64,000 nucleotides of DNA from Desulfobacterales bacterium (GCA_963674755.2 CAXXVS010000003.1:2336001-2400000); one strand, 5' to 3'; shown: positions 49,540 through 59,469, counted from the first letter of the stretch. Numbers and translations are program-made. Notes: generated by a model not told the origin, from the letters alone.

Positions 49540-51171
49540 CTATTGCTTTCGCATGGATTCAAAAGGGATCTCATGTTTGGTGGCGCCGAAACCGGTCCCC
49601 TCAAGATTTTCTCGGTGAACCATGATGGCCGTCATATACGAAAGTGGAAGATAGACGGCCTGCTCATGCAGTGTGGTCAGGATGTCGGCATACAGGCGGC
49701 GGCGTTCATCTTCGTTCACGGTCACAAGAACCTTACCGATTTCGGTATCGATAGCGGCCTTCATGGGCAATCCAAGCTGGGCCTGGTAGTCGGCATGGGA
49801 CGGTATGCGCATGGAACTGCAGAAGGAATGCGGATCGTAGGGCGTGCCCCAGGTGTCGCCAAAAATCAGGCCGAATTCACCGCTTTTTTGGCGGCTGTAA
49901 AAAGAGTCGCTTTCCTCTCCGATGAGATTTGCTTTCACCCCGATCTTCTTCAGGTAGCCCTGGAGCACTTCGGCCACTGATTTTTGCAAGGCGTCGTTGC
50001 CTACGAAACACAGATCTATGGCCAGTTCCTTGCCGTCCTTGGCGCGATAGACAGAACCCTTGGACAGAATCCAGCCCGCCCCGTCAAGTAGTCCGGCGGC
50101 TCCTGCCGGGTCATAGGCGAAAGGCGGAAGATCCAGATTGCAGTAGGGCATCGAAGGGGCGAAAATGGCATCGGCTTTTTCCTCCACGCCCAAGAAAATG
50201 TGATCCACCAACGCCTTTTTATCCACTGCGTGCAGGATCGCTTTGCGCACGGCGATTTCATTCGTGGGAAAACGGTTGGTGTTGAGGGCCAGGGCGCGAG
50301 TGGCCAGCGGCTGGGAGACAGCCGTGACAATGTCCTTCATCTCCCGGTAGCGTTCGAAGGTGTCCAGACCGATCTGTCCCGCACCGTGCCCGCCCGATCC
50401 GTAGATAAGATCGATTTCCCCTGTGTCGAAAGCCACTGCCCTGGCATTGGCATCCGGGATGACCTTGACGACGAGATGCTTCATCTTGGGTTTCTCACCC
50501 CAATAACGGTCATTGCGTTCGAAGACGTCGTACTCGCCCTTCACCATCTCGGTGACCTTCCAGGGGCCGGTGCCAATGGGAGCCTTGATGCCCTTGCTCG
50601 TGTCACCGTCGTCAGGGAAGGCCGCGGGGGCTAGGAAGCGGACCGGACGAACCAACGCGAGTTCTTGCAGAATGGGGTAATACGCATCCTTCAATGTCAA
50701 TTTCACGGTGTATTCATCGATGATGCGCACGGCCTCCCCCCCTGCAGCATCAACCGCATGAAGCTGATTGACAAGCTCCAACCAGTGGTGCCTTTCGTGG
50801 TTCTTGAGAACCGCGTCGAAATTCAACTTTACGGCCTGGGCGTTAAACGGCGTTCCGTCGGAAAAGGTTACACCTTTGCGAAGGTTGAAATTGTACTCCC
50901 GGCCATCCTCGCTGACGGTCCAGGACGCGGCAAGCCAGGGTGCCACTGAGCCGTCGGCCTGGTATTTTACCAGTGGTTCGTAAACCAAGGCTTGGGCGAA
51001 CATCTGGCTCGGGGAATAGAGATGGGGGTTAAGGGGTCCTACATTGCTCGACCAGGAGTAGACGAGAACCTGATCACTCTCAGGCGGCGCCGCAAGCGTA
51101 TTGGAGAGAGACAGAGAAACCGAGCAAAAAACCAGAACAAGGCCCAATATAACAAACCGGATATGCTTCAT
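49540..51171 (-). CDS. nikA: Nickel ABC transporter substrate-binding protein
   Basis: NVGPLNPHLYSP.QMFAQ, RHHWLEL, TWGTPYDPH, SMRIPSHADYQAQ (NikA signature). Confidence 0.92.
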   Translation of the reverse strand: MKHIRFVILGLVLVFCSVSLSLSNTLAAPPESDQVLVYSWSSNVGPLNPHLYSPSQMFAQALVYEPLVKYQADGSVAPWLAASWTVSEDGREYNFNLRKGVTFSDGTPFNAQAVKLNFDAVLKNHERHHWLELVNQLHAVDAAGGEAVRIIDEYTVKLTLKDAYYPILQELALVRPVRFLAPAAFPDDGDTSKGIKAPIGTGPWKVTEMVKGEYDVFERNDRYWGEKPKMKHLVVKVIPDANARAVAFDTGEIDLIYGSGGHGAGQIGLDTFERYREMKDIVTAVSQPLATRALALNTNRFPTNEIAVRKAILHAVDKKALVDHIFLGVEEKADAIFAPSMPYCNLDLPPFAYDPAGAAGLLDGAGWILSKGSVYRAKDGKELAIDLCFVGNDALQKSVAEVLQGYLKKIGVKANLIGEESDSFYSRQKSGEFGLIFGDTWGTPYDPHSFCSSMRIPSHADYQAQLGLPMKAAIDTEIGKVLVTVNEDERRRLYADILTTLHEQAVYLPLSYMTAIMVHRENLEGTGFGATKHEIPFESMRKQ

Positions 51172-51227
51172 CTTACACCCCTCTTTTGTTAGGACGCATT
51201 CGTGCAAGAAGGATTCGCTTCGCGGGC

Positions 51228-51282
51228 AAAAAAAAAACCACGAAGGTCATCCCCATTTGGGTTTGGTGGACCTTCGTGGCCT
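51228..51282 (-). promoter_or_regulatory. Leader attenuator with GCCACGAAGG motif (copy 1, nikA)
   Basis: GCCACGAAGGUC...GACCUUCGUGGU stem followed by a U run; motif at 51271-51280. Confidence 0.75.
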
Positions 51283-51397
51283 TGGCTGCTATAAATTTTA
51301 CCCGTTGCTAATCGGTAGCAAAGGCAGGTGATCGACAAATCTTGGTTTTAAAACTGAGTGCAAAACCACCGGCTTCAGCCGTATTTAGATCGCTGTT

Positions 51398-51425
51398 ATT
51401 AAACGAAGACCTCATTCGATGTCAA
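51398..51425 (-). promoter_or_regulatory. Candidate sigma70 promoter for the nik operon
   Basis: TTGACA-N16-TTTAAT on the minus strand. Confidence 0.45.
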
Positions 51426-51549
51426 TCTTTTTATAGGGATGCCATCCAAGCTGAAGGCCCCCTTATGATGAGGACAATCGCGCCCTCTTTGGGAGGCTAT
51501 CTGATGTTGTCCCCTGTGCGGAAGCGCCGCTCTTACAGCCGGCACGTCA

Positions 51550-52095
51550 TCAAGGACCTTCCAGATCCCGGTGGATTTGCAGGAGCCAGTCCGGGAAGCG
51601 TGGATTCTCCACACCGTGATAGGACTCGACATAGGGCTTGATATCGATCAGGGGACTGCCGTCCACCGCCTCCAGCCCTTTTACTTTGAGGATATGCCCT
51701 TCCCGCGCCAGCAGGGGCACGGTGGACACCAGGACCGGGTTGGGCCGGGCCGGACTGCGGGTGGCGAAGATGCCCTGGAGGGGCAGGTCCTTGCGTCCCA
51801 TGGGATGCACCTGGCGCAGATTCCTGCGTTCAGGGTCGATCAGGTGGGGCCAATAGAGCACCAGGATGTGGGAAAAGGCTTCGATGCCGTCCAGCAATTC
51901 GCGCCAGGGCTCGAAGATCACCAGCTCGCTGGCCGTGTTCTTGACCTGTTGGTGGTGTTCGCGAATCTTGTCCAGGCGTTCCCGAAGTTCGATATCCGAT
52001 TCACCGGCCTGCAACATGGGCGCTTTGATGGGACTGCGCACCTTCCCCACGGGGGTGAGCTGCAGGGGCAATGGCTTGTCTGACATATCGTTCAT
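51550..52095 (-). CDS. tsaA: TsaA/TrmO-family SAM-binding methyltransferase
   Basis: FSHILVLYW, GIFATRSPARPNP, DGSPLIDIKPY. Confidence 0.88.
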   Translation of the reverse strand: MNDMSDKPLPLQLTPVGKVRSPIKAPMLQAGESDIELRERLDKIREHHQQVKNTASELVIFEPWRELLDGIEAFSHILVLYWPHLIDPERRNLRQVHPMGRKDLPLQGIFATRSPARPNPVLVSTVPLLAREGHILKVKGLEAVDGSPLIDIKPYVESYHGVENPRFPDWLLQIHRDLEGP

Positions 52096-52910
52096 TGGCC
52101 CTGTGCCCCCCTCTCTTTACGCTTCCCGGTCAGCAGCGCATCGGAAATTCCCTCAAGCGCTGCGGATGCCGGTGCGACACTTACCGATCTCCCCTCGAGA
52201 CCGGCCGCCTGGATGGTCTCCTGATACCCGACCGCGCCGATTACCCGGACATCATGGTCGCACAGGCGCTCCACGACCTTTTGCTTCTGCGTGTCCGAAG
52301 TGATTTTGTTGAGGACCGCCCCGGCAAAGGCCGCGCCCGAAGATTGCGTCAGATCCATCACTTTCTCCGCCAGCGTGATGGATTCCAGGGACGGCTCGAC
52401 CACACAGATGACCCCGTCCACACTGGTTTCAACCCCCCGGCCGAAATGCTCGAGACCGGCCTCCATGTCCACGAGCATGACTTCCCCGGCCGCCAGTTCG
52501 AATTTTTTCAGAAATTCGCGCGTCACGGTGCCCATGGGACAGGCGCAGCCCTCCAGGGCCTGATGGATTTTGCCCGTCGAAATCAGTTTCAATCCATCCC
52601 GGACGGCCATGTAGTCGGACGGCATGGAGCGGCTGGTGATTTTTTCGGTTTCCCAGATAGACATGGACGGTTCATCATCCCCCTTGGAGAAGCGGGCGAT
52701 CATTTTCTTCTGGACCGCCTTCTTGCCGCCAATGAAATCCATCAGGGGCTGAGGAGATTCTTCAAAACCGAGCATCCAGGCCAGACTGGTATTCGATTCG
52801 TCGGAATCCAGGACGATGACCTCCCGGCCCCGGTCCTTGAACATTTGTGCAAGCATGCACACAACCGTGCTTTTCCCGCTGCCGCCTTTGCCGCAAACGC
52901 ATAGTTTCAT
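52092..52910 (-). CDS. cooC: CooC-like nickel-insertion ATPase
   Basis: GKGGSGKS deviant Walker A, EGCACP, VDMEAGLEHFGRG. Confidence 0.85.
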   Translation of the reverse strand: MKLCVCGKGGSGKSTVVCMLAQMFKDRGREVIVLDSDESNTSLAWMLGFEESPQPLMDFIGGKKAVQKKMIARFSKGDDEPSMSIWETEKITSRSMPSDYMAVRDGLKLISTGKIHQALEGCACPMGTVTREFLKKFELAAGEVMLVDMEAGLEHFGRGVETSVDGVICVVEPSLESITLAEKVMDLTQSSGAAFAGAVLNKITSDTQKQKVVERLCDHDVRVIGAVGYQETIQAAGLEGRSVSVAPASAALEGISDALLTGKRKERGAQGQ

Positions 52911-52966
52911 CGTTTCTCCCTTGTTGAAGTTAAATCGTGTCGATAACGCCGCTTGTCAGTAGCATT

Positions 52967-53158
52967 TCAATCGGTTTCGAAGATGATTTTGTGATCTCCC
53001 AGATTCAATGCTTTGATGCGGCCCCTGAGCATTTTCTGGTCGCCGAAGATGCCGACTATCCGCCAATGTTCGTCATCCTGCGGTTCCAGAATATCCACGG
53101 ACGCCATGATGAGTTCTTCCCGCCCATCGTTGATCCGGTATACGTCAGCTTCACACAT
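52967..53158 (-). CDS. cooT: CooT-family nickel-binding protein
   Basis: MCEADVY..IMASVD..IFGDQK..HKII. Confidence 0.88.
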   Translation of the reverse strand: MCEADVYRINDGREELIMASVDILEPQDDEHWRIVGIFGDQKMLRGRIKALNLGDHKIIFETD

Positions 53159-53570
53159 TTTCGATGGCCTCCCTTGTCATTTGGATAGATGTTTCCATCA
53201 TTTGTTGGAAGGATTCGTTTGCCAAACCAAGGATAAAGACGTTTTCCTGGGCCAGCGGAAGAAGGATTTTCCTGGCGGTACTGGCCATGACGGCTTCCGC
53301 CATTTGGGGGGCGATCTCTCCCATCATGGCATTGGCCCAGGTGATGCCAACAGGGCCGATGATGCAATCCGCCTGGGAAACGGTTCGACAGATCGCCTCC
53401 TCACCGGACACTACCTTGTTGGCGCCCGCCTTATGCATCTGGGCCGTGGCAATGGCATTGGCACCCAAACCGATAAGTTCGATGCTTTCGCCGTAAATGG
53501 CTTTCAAACTCTTGATCATGGCCGCACCGATACCGCCGCCCTGGCCGTCGATCACGCAAACACATTTCAA
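53151..53570 (-). CDS. DUF3842-family protein
   Basis: VIDGQGGGIG, GANAIATAQM, MGEIAP; TTG start with GGAGG RBS. Confidence 0.8.
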   Translation of the reverse strand: MKCVCVIDGQGGGIGAAMIKSLKAIYGESIELIGLGANAIATAQMHKAGANKVVSGEEAICRTVSQADCIIGPVGITWANAMMGEIAPQMAEAVMASTARKILLPLAQENVFILGLANESFQQMMETSIQMTREAIENV

Positions 53571-53600
53571 GCGTCCGTCCTCCCTCCATTCTCAACTCAG

Positions 53601-53679
53601 AAAATAAAAAAGCCACGCGCTTCTGGGATTCCTATAGGGAACCATCAGCCTTCGTGGCTTAATCTGCCTTTTGCGGCAG
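53601..53679 (-). promoter_or_regulatory. Leader attenuator with GCCACGAAGG motif (copy 2, DUF3842-cooT-cooC-tsaA)
   Basis: AAGCCACG...CGUGGCUU stem + UUUUAUUUU; motif at 53649-53658; upstream hairpin CUGCC-GCAAAA-GGCAG. Confidence 0.75.
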
Positions 53680-53693
53680 TAAATTATACGTCA

Positions 53694-53722
53694 ACTTTAT
53701 CGACTTGGTTTCCTTTTGTCAA
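53694..53722 (-). promoter_or_regulatory. Sigma70 promoter
   Basis: TTGACA-N17-TAAAGT on the minus strand. Confidence 0.6.
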
Positions 53723-54008
53723 TCCGTCTCCTATCGAGGTTTTCCGTCTGACGGCAACACTTCGTCCCATCGAATGGGATGCATTCCGGTTTTGTTAATG
53801 AGATATCCAAAAAATTGGAAGATTTCGGTTGAACATTGTCCGATAGTGCGTTATCTATCGATCCTAACAGGCGAGGACGAATCTGCCCGCTTTTTTCTGA
53901 CTTTTTCCAGAAGTAAAAACCTCCGTCGGATCGAAATCCGAGATTTTCCGCTTTTTCTAGTTTTACCGCCTGGTATCCATTTTGTTACCATTGGTTTGAT
54001 CATAAACC

Positions 54009-54066
54009 GGCCACGAAGGCTTTGGCGCTTGCCCACAGACGGACAGGCGGTCGAGGCCTTTTTTTA
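54009..54066 (+). promoter_or_regulatory. Leader attenuator with GCCACGAAGG motif (copy 3, DUF4198 operon)
   Basis: Motif at 54010-54019; AAGGCUUUGGC/GUCGAGGCCUU stem + U run. Confidence 0.7.
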
Positions 54067-54124
54067 TGTGGAGTTTCATCTGTTATCTCTTTTTCATAGG
54101 GGAACGTCTGAAAGGAGCAAGATC

Positions 54125-54898
54125 ATGCAGAGAAAAATGATTGTTTTGATGATTGCGGTATTGGCTGTGGGCATGGCGGTGCAGGTGACCTGGGCCCACG
54201 AATTCATCGTCCAACCTGTTCAACTGGCCGCTTCGGTTGGTCACAAGCTTCCATTGAGTGTCGTTTCGGCGCATGTTTTCGTGGTCAGCGAAGAAATGGA
54301 ACCCATAGAGCAGGTCGATTTGGCCCTGGTTAAAGGCGACACCCGGGAGAAGGTTTCCCTGGTGCCCAATGAAATGCTGCTGACCCTTGACGGCGCTGTC
54401 GAATTGAAACAGCAAGGTACCTATGTCCTGGCCGGACATCGCAAGGGCATCCTTTGGACTCATACCACCAAAGGCTGGCAACAGGCCGGGAAAAAGGGGC
54501 TGCAGGGCGTCATCTCGAGCGGGAAGTACGAAAAATTTTGTAAAACCCTGGTCGTCTCGGGTCAAGCCGACGATGGCTACAAGAAGGTGGTGGGAGACCG
54601 CCTGGAAATCGTGCCGATCGATGACCCCCAAAAGGTGGCGGTGGGTCAAGATCTTAACGTTCAGATTTTATTCGATGGCAAGCCGATGCCAACCGAGGTC
54701 TATGCCACCTACGACGGTTTTACCACGGTACCGAACACCTATGCCTATTTCACGGAGACCGATGAAAACGGCCGAGCCCGTATCCGGCTTACCCATGACG
54801 GTACTTGGATGGTGCGTGTCCAACACAAAGTGAACGAAGCGACGGATGACTATGACCAGTATATATTGCGGGCCGTGCTTGTTTTCGGTGTGCGCTGA
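54125..54898 (+). CDS. DUF4198 periplasmic protein (Ni/Co uptake-associated)
   Basis: Signal peptide ending TWA-HEF (N-terminal His), LEIVP, LFDGKP, TDENG. Confidence 0.8.
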   Translation: MQRKMIVLMIAVLAVGMAVQVTWAHEFIVQPVQLAASVGHKLPLSVVSAHVFVVSEEMEPIEQVDLALVKGDTREKVSLVPNEMLLTLDGAVELKQQGTYVLAGHRKGILWTHTTKGWQQAGKKGLQGVISSGKYEKFCKTLVVSGQADDGYKKVVGDRLEIVPIDDPQKVAVGQDLNVQILFDGKPMPTEVYATYDGFTTVPNTYAYFTETDENGRARIRLTHDGTWMVRVQHKVNEATDDYDQYILRAVLVFGVR

Positions 54899-55383
54899 TG
54901 ACGTTTGACATCCGATTCGCCTGTCTGTCGGCCGTGTTCGGGATTCTTCTTGGCGGATCATCCGCTTGTTGGGGGCACGGTACCGGCTACCGCCTTTTGG
55001 AAAACACGGCCGATGTGGCCATGGAGTTCCGCTATTCTTCGGGGGAACCCATGGCCTATGCCGAGGTGTTAATCTGGCACCCTGAGGACACGAAAATAGA
55101 ATATCAAAACGGACGTACGGACAGGCTCGGGCGATTCGCTTTTTTGCCGAATGCTCCGGGTAACTGGAAAGTAGTCGTCAAGGATGGCATGGGACATCAG
55201 GTCACCGCTAACTGCCCGGTCGATACGGCTTCGCCGGCGGGACCTTCACCGGAATCCCGCGCAACGGGGGCGCCGCCGCCGAGAGTCCCGGGTGCACTTT
55301 TAGGACTCAGCCTATTGGCGAATATGACTTTCTGTATCGCGATCGTGCGCCGTTTCCGGAAACTACGCACCCGCAAAGCGTAA
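54898..55383 (+). CDS. Ni/Co transport accessory membrane protein (NikL/CbiL-like)
   Basis: Signal peptide + HG, YSSGEPMAYAEV, GRTDRLGRFAF, DGMGH, C-terminal TM helix. Confidence 0.65.
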   Translation: MTFDIRFACLSAVFGILLGGSSACWGHGTGYRLLENTADVAMEFRYSSGEPMAYAEVLIWHPEDTKIEYQNGRTDRLGRFAFLPNAPGNWKVVVKDGMGHQVTANCPVDTASPAGPSPESRATGAPPPRVPGALLGLSLLANMTFCIAIVRRFRKLRTRKA

Positions 55384-55482
55384 TTCCCCATACCGCCGGT
55401 TGACATGAAAACCGGCGGTATCTCTATCTTCAAGACAATCAGGGAAGAGAGTGACCATTGCCCGGGAAGTGGCGCAATGATG

Positions 55483-56262
55483 TCATGCCTCGGTCAATTT
55501 TTCTGCCATAGGACGCAAAACCGTTTCCAAAGTTTGCGAGATGCGTTTGGCCTCGGCCTCCGATCCGGCAAATCCGATCCAGCAGTCCCAAATCTCGTCT
55601 TCGTCTTGCCAGCATTGACCGTTGGGCTTTAAGCGATCCGGGTGCCCGCAGTTTTCCAGCACGCGGTAGAACAGCATGATCTTCCGGACGAGATCGTCTT
55701 CGGTATCCTCGCCGCCCTTTTCTTGGTAGATGGGCAGCATGCCGTCTTCCAAACTCGGTAGCACCGTTCGCCTGAAATCGAACAGCAGGCGGGGCAGAGC
55801 CGCGTTGACCCAGTCGCTGTTGCGGCTTGCCAGATCCCGGCAATAGCTGCTTTGGCATTCCGCGTACACCCGATCGAGCTTGGCGGCCAGTGCTTCCTGT
55901 TCGGTGCCGCTGTTTTCAAGATTCCCCAGGAAGCCGTCGCGCCATTGGCGAAAATCGGCGATGATGGCTTTGGCGGCCGCCGCATCTTTCACTTGGCGGA
56001 CAAAGGCTTTCTCATCCAGATCGAGGGTATACGACAACGCCACCGTTATTTCCTGGCGTTGATACGAAGCGCCGCCGCCCGGTGCCACGAGAAACGCACA
56101 CTGCATCTTTACATGCTGCGCGGCGTTGACAAGCAGCCGGAATCCACCGTTGACGGAGACCAGCGGACGGCTATTAAACCGACCGCGATCGTTCAGATCG
56201 AACACACTGGGTGTTTTGTATTTGGGCTGATGCAACACATAGAATCCTTTCGGTACCTGCAT
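55483..56262 (-). CDS. Hypothetical protein
   Basis: 259-aa ORF with AAGGAG RBS; last gene of the hyd-TBDR-FmdE run. Confidence 0.65.
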   Translation of the reverse strand: MQVPKGFYVLHQPKYKTPSVFDLNDRGRFNSRPLVSVNGGFRLLVNAAQHVKMQCAFLVAPGGGASYQRQEITVALSYTLDLDEKAFVRQVKDAAAAKAIIADFRQWRDGFLGNLENSGTEQEALAAKLDRVYAECQSSYCRDLASRNSDWVNAALPRLLFDFRRTVLPSLEDGMLPIYQEKGGEDTEDDLVRKIMLFYRVLENCGHPDRLKPNGQCWQDEDEIWDCWIGFAGSEAEAKRISQTLETVLRPMAEKLTEA

Positions 56263-56330
56263 GGGTTTTTTCTCCTTTTTGCAAACAAGTGATATTTGGC
56301 ATCTGGCCGCCGACCGGTGCCGACCGGCAT

Positions 56331-57296
56331 TCAATGCAAACGATACCGCCGACCGTCGGTTTTGAGCTGTTGAAAACACGGGGTACAATAGGCCTTGCGG
56401 TCATATTCGACGGCATGCGACTGTAACATCTGCTCGCGGCAGGCCGCGCATTGACGGTAGATGCCGGCTGCTTCGGCATGGGGCGGAAACGGAGCAACGG
56501 GTTGCACGGTATAGAGTTCTTCCGGTTTTCGGGAGAGCAAAAAGGCCACGCGATGGTCCAGGAGATGCTGAAATTGCACAACCTCCTCCATCACAGGCCG
56601 CTCTTCCGCAATGCTGACGGCCAGACGGTGGTATTCGTCCGCATCGTCAAAGGTCTGAGGCCGCAGGGAAAACCGTAAAGCAAGGTCGGCGCCTGTGACG
56701 ACCAGCGTATAGACATGCTTGCCATAATCCACGATCCGCAAGCGTTGGTTGCCCATGGTCGCGCCGAGCAGGATCTGAATGGCGTCCAGGGCGGATGTGC
56801 TGTTTTCGGCCACGATCGACAGGCTCCGGTCAAGCGTTCCGGCTTTTGAAAGGAGACGGTGGGCGTACTCGCAAAATTTGCCGCCGATGACCAGATCCGG
56901 ACAGATGTGACCGTGGAAGTCCACCACACGCTTGAATGTCATGTTAACCAGCATTTTCCGGTCCTCCCGATACCATGTCATCAGTTCGTGATCGTGCCAT
57001 ATCCGAAACCCCAACACCCAGAATCCCTTGGGCCGCGGCGGTGAAGGGGGCATCTCGCAAAACTGGAAATACAGGAAATAGAGTTCGCCTTCGGTATCGA
57101 CAATCAGGTACGCATTAAGGGGCTGCTTCCGGCCCGTTCGGAAGCGGCCTACAACGCGCGTCACTCGGTGCGTCGTGTCCTTGAAACGGAAGGAAAGCGG
57201 CTGCTGTCGCAGGATGTCGAAGTGCACCGCTATCTTTTCCTGAATAGGATCGAGCAGCTCGTCGTAGATCGAACGCAATGCTTCCGCAGGTGTCAC
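56331..57296 (-). CDS. FmdE-family protein with N-terminal extra domain and C-terminal zinc finger
   Basis: DFHGHICPDLVIG, DAIQILLGATMGN, CAACRE...YCTPC. Confidence 0.85.
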   Translation of the reverse strand: MTPAEALRSIYDELLDPIQEKIAVHFDILRQQPLSFRFKDTTHRVTRVVGRFRTGRKQPLNAYLIVDTEGELYFLYFQFCEMPPSPPRPKGFWVLGFRIWHDHELMTWYREDRKMLVNMTFKRVVDFHGHICPDLVIGGKFCEYAHRLLSKAGTLDRSLSIVAENSTSALDAIQILLGATMGNQRLRIVDYGKHVYTLVVTGADLALRFSLRPQTFDDADEYHRLAVSIAEERPVMEEVVQFQHLLDHRVAFLLSRKPEELYTVQPVAPFPPHAEAAGIYRQCAACREQMLQSHAVEYDRKAYCTPCFQQLKTDGRRYRLH

Positions 57297-57312
57297 GGAT
57301 GCCGGTCTCCTT

Positions 57313-59448
57313 TCAAAAGACGATTTTCCAGAGACATGCCAATGATCGTCCTGGTTCGCTCAATTCGACCCCCCGTGATGTGGAGAGGAAATTGACATAG
57401 TCTTCATCCAGCAGGTTTTTCGCGGCCAGGGCAATTTCCTGACGGAGACCGGCAATTTCGAAGCGATATCCGGCATACAAATTGACAGTCTGCCAGCTTT
57501 GACCCTCGGTGACATCGTCCGGCACGTCGTGCTGGGCCGCGGCCCAATCCATTGCGAGATCGGCCCAGAAACCGGTATCACCGGCGGCTTGGTAGCGCAG
57601 CCCCAGGCAGCCGTTCAAGGGGGCGATAAAGGGCAGCGGTTCATCGGTGGTGCGATTGCGTCCCTGGGTCCAGGCCACATTGCCATAAAGTTCCCAGGTT
57701 GTTGCCAGGAACCATTGGGCCTCAAGTTCGACGCCATAAATGACAGCGCGGTCCACATTGGCCATTTGGCGCGCGGCCGGACGGAGTTCTTTTTCCGTAA
57801 TGAGGTCTTTGAGAAAATTGGCATAGGCGGCGGCGGAAACATGCAGCGGTGTCGTGTCATAATGCAGGCCGCCTTCGAAAAAGAAAGACCGTTCGGGATC
57901 GAGCTCGGGATTACCGTACAGCTCGATCCCGCCGCCAAGGTTGATGTATTTGAAGCGGTCCATGAGATCCGGCGCGCGATAGCTGGAGGCGGCGATCAGC
58001 GTTGCCGCCCAGGGCGCGGCAACATGCCAGGTCAGCCCCAGATGCGCCTGCCAGCTGACATCGCTCTGGGTCTGCCCTTCACGCTTGAGGATCGGCGTCA
58101 GGGCCGGGTTGGGCGGATCGATCCAGTCGTAGAGGTCGTCGCTGCGGGATTCGATATAATCGATCCGCCCGCCGATATTCAGATTCAGCGTTTCAGTGGC
58201 CTGCCAGTCGTCTTCCATAAAAAGGCCGCCGGTGTCCTGGGAAACGTTCCCCAGGGAACTGTCGATGCCGGTCAGGCCGTTTTTGAAATTCCGGACCCGC
58301 TCGGTGTTGTCAATGCCCCAATAGCCGTAATCAAGACCAACGACGGTGGTGTTGTGTGCCCATTGCAAGCGGTTGGACCATTTCAGGCCCAGGGTCTGGT
58401 GATCGGCCCCCGGCTTCAGCGATTGCAACGGTGACGACGCCGGAAACGCATCCAGCAAAACTTGCCGCTGGATCTCCTGGAAATAGAGTTTGAGCTGGGA
58501 TTCCGTGATCACGGAACCGGTTGGCTCCACGGTATGGGTCAGGGCACACAGGGTGCGGTTGATGCGGGAATAGGTGGCGTCCGGTCCCTCCGGCAGCGAG
58601 AGGCCCTTGCCGGGAATGCCGATATCGTTCCCCTGGGCATACTGGACATCGAGTTCCGTCTGGTGGTGTGCGTTCCACTGATAGGCCCCGCTGAGATGGC
58701 CGTGTTCGTCGCGGTACTGGCTGTTGGGCACTTCCTGGTGGTCGGCCCCTTCCCGATCACCGTAATCACGGTAGCTGCCCGAGCCGAAGATCCAATAGCG
58801 CTCGGATGCCACGGCGGCGTTGGCATAGATGCCGGCCCCCGAGGGATTGTCGCCGTAGTGGGCGATAGCTTCACCCGTGCCTTCCGCCTCTGGAGCGAAA
58901 CGGCCTTTTTTGGTGATCACGTTCACCACCCCACCGATGGAGCCGGACCCGTAAAGGGCGCTGATGGGTCCCTTGAGCACCTCGATGCGCTCGATATCGT
59001 AAGGGTTGACCAGCCCGAACTGGGCGTTGATATCCGTCGCCGTATTGACACGGCAGCCGTCAATCAAAAAGACGACGCTGTTGCGGCCCATCCCCCGGAT
59101 GTTGATACCGGCCCCCCAGGGCGAATCCGAAGCTTTCTCCACCCCGGGGATGCGCCGGGTGATATCCGTGATGGTTTCGGGCTGGACCTCCTCGATTTCT
59201 TCCGCCGTGACCACTCCGATACCGCCCGGTGTAAGGGAAATCGGTATCGCTGTGCCGCGGGCGGTGACCACCATGGGCGCGAGATCGACTTGGGGCTCCG
59301 CCGGCGTCTGCGCATCGGCCTGGCTGTGGCAGGCCGGCCACAGCAGGAGCATTCCCGCCATGCCAAGGCTTCCCAGACGGCGCGCAAGGCCCTTGATTCC
59401 ATACAGAAACTGCGGTCTGCCGTGCCCAAGCCGATAACGCCCGATCAT
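57313..59448 (-). CDS. TonB-dependent outer-membrane receptor
   Basis: MVVTARG TonB box, IERIEVLKGPISALYGSGSIGGVVNVITK, GNPELDPE, C-terminal Phe. Confidence 0.92.
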   Translation of the reverse strand: MIGRYRLGHGRPQFLYGIKGLARRLGSLGMAGMLLLWPACHSQADAQTPAEPQVDLAPMVVTARGTAIPISLTPGGIGVVTAEEIEEVQPETITDITRRIPGVEKASDSPWGAGINIRGMGRNSVVFLIDGCRVNTATDINAQFGLVNPYDIERIEVLKGPISALYGSGSIGGVVNVITKKGRFAPEAEGTGEAIAHYGDNPSGAGIYANAAVASERYWIFGSGSYRDYGDREGADHQEVPNSQYRDEHGHLSGAYQWNAHHQTELDVQYAQGNDIGIPGKGLSLPEGPDATYSRINRTLCALTHTVEPTGSVITESQLKLYFQEIQRQVLLDAFPASSPLQSLKPGADHQTLGLKWSNRLQWAHNTTVVGLDYGYWGIDNTERVRNFKNGLTGIDSSLGNVSQDTGGLFMEDDWQATETLNLNIGGRIDYIESRSDDLYDWIDPPNPALTPILKREGQTQSDVSWQAHLGLTWHVAAPWAATLIAASSYRAPDLMDRFKYINLGGGIELYGNPELDPERSFFFEGGLHYDTTPLHVSAAAYANFLKDLITEKELRPAARQMANVDRAVIYGVELEAQWFLATTWELYGNVAWTQGRNRTTDEPLPFIAPLNGCLGLRYQAAGDTGFWADLAMDWAAAQHDVPDDVTEGQSWQTVNLYAGYRFEIAGLRQEIALAAKNLLDEDYVNFLSTSRGVELSEPGRSLACLWKIVF

Positions 59449-59469
59449 GCGGTCGTTTCCTTTCCCATA

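Noticed and set aside
53705..54124. 140-aa N-terminal extension of the DUF4198 ORF (similar over-long starts at 12587, 15298, 17712, 31521, 6370, 47965)
   Set aside because: These run through promoter/leader DNA or upstream genes; the downstream ATGs have RBSs and family-typical N-termini.
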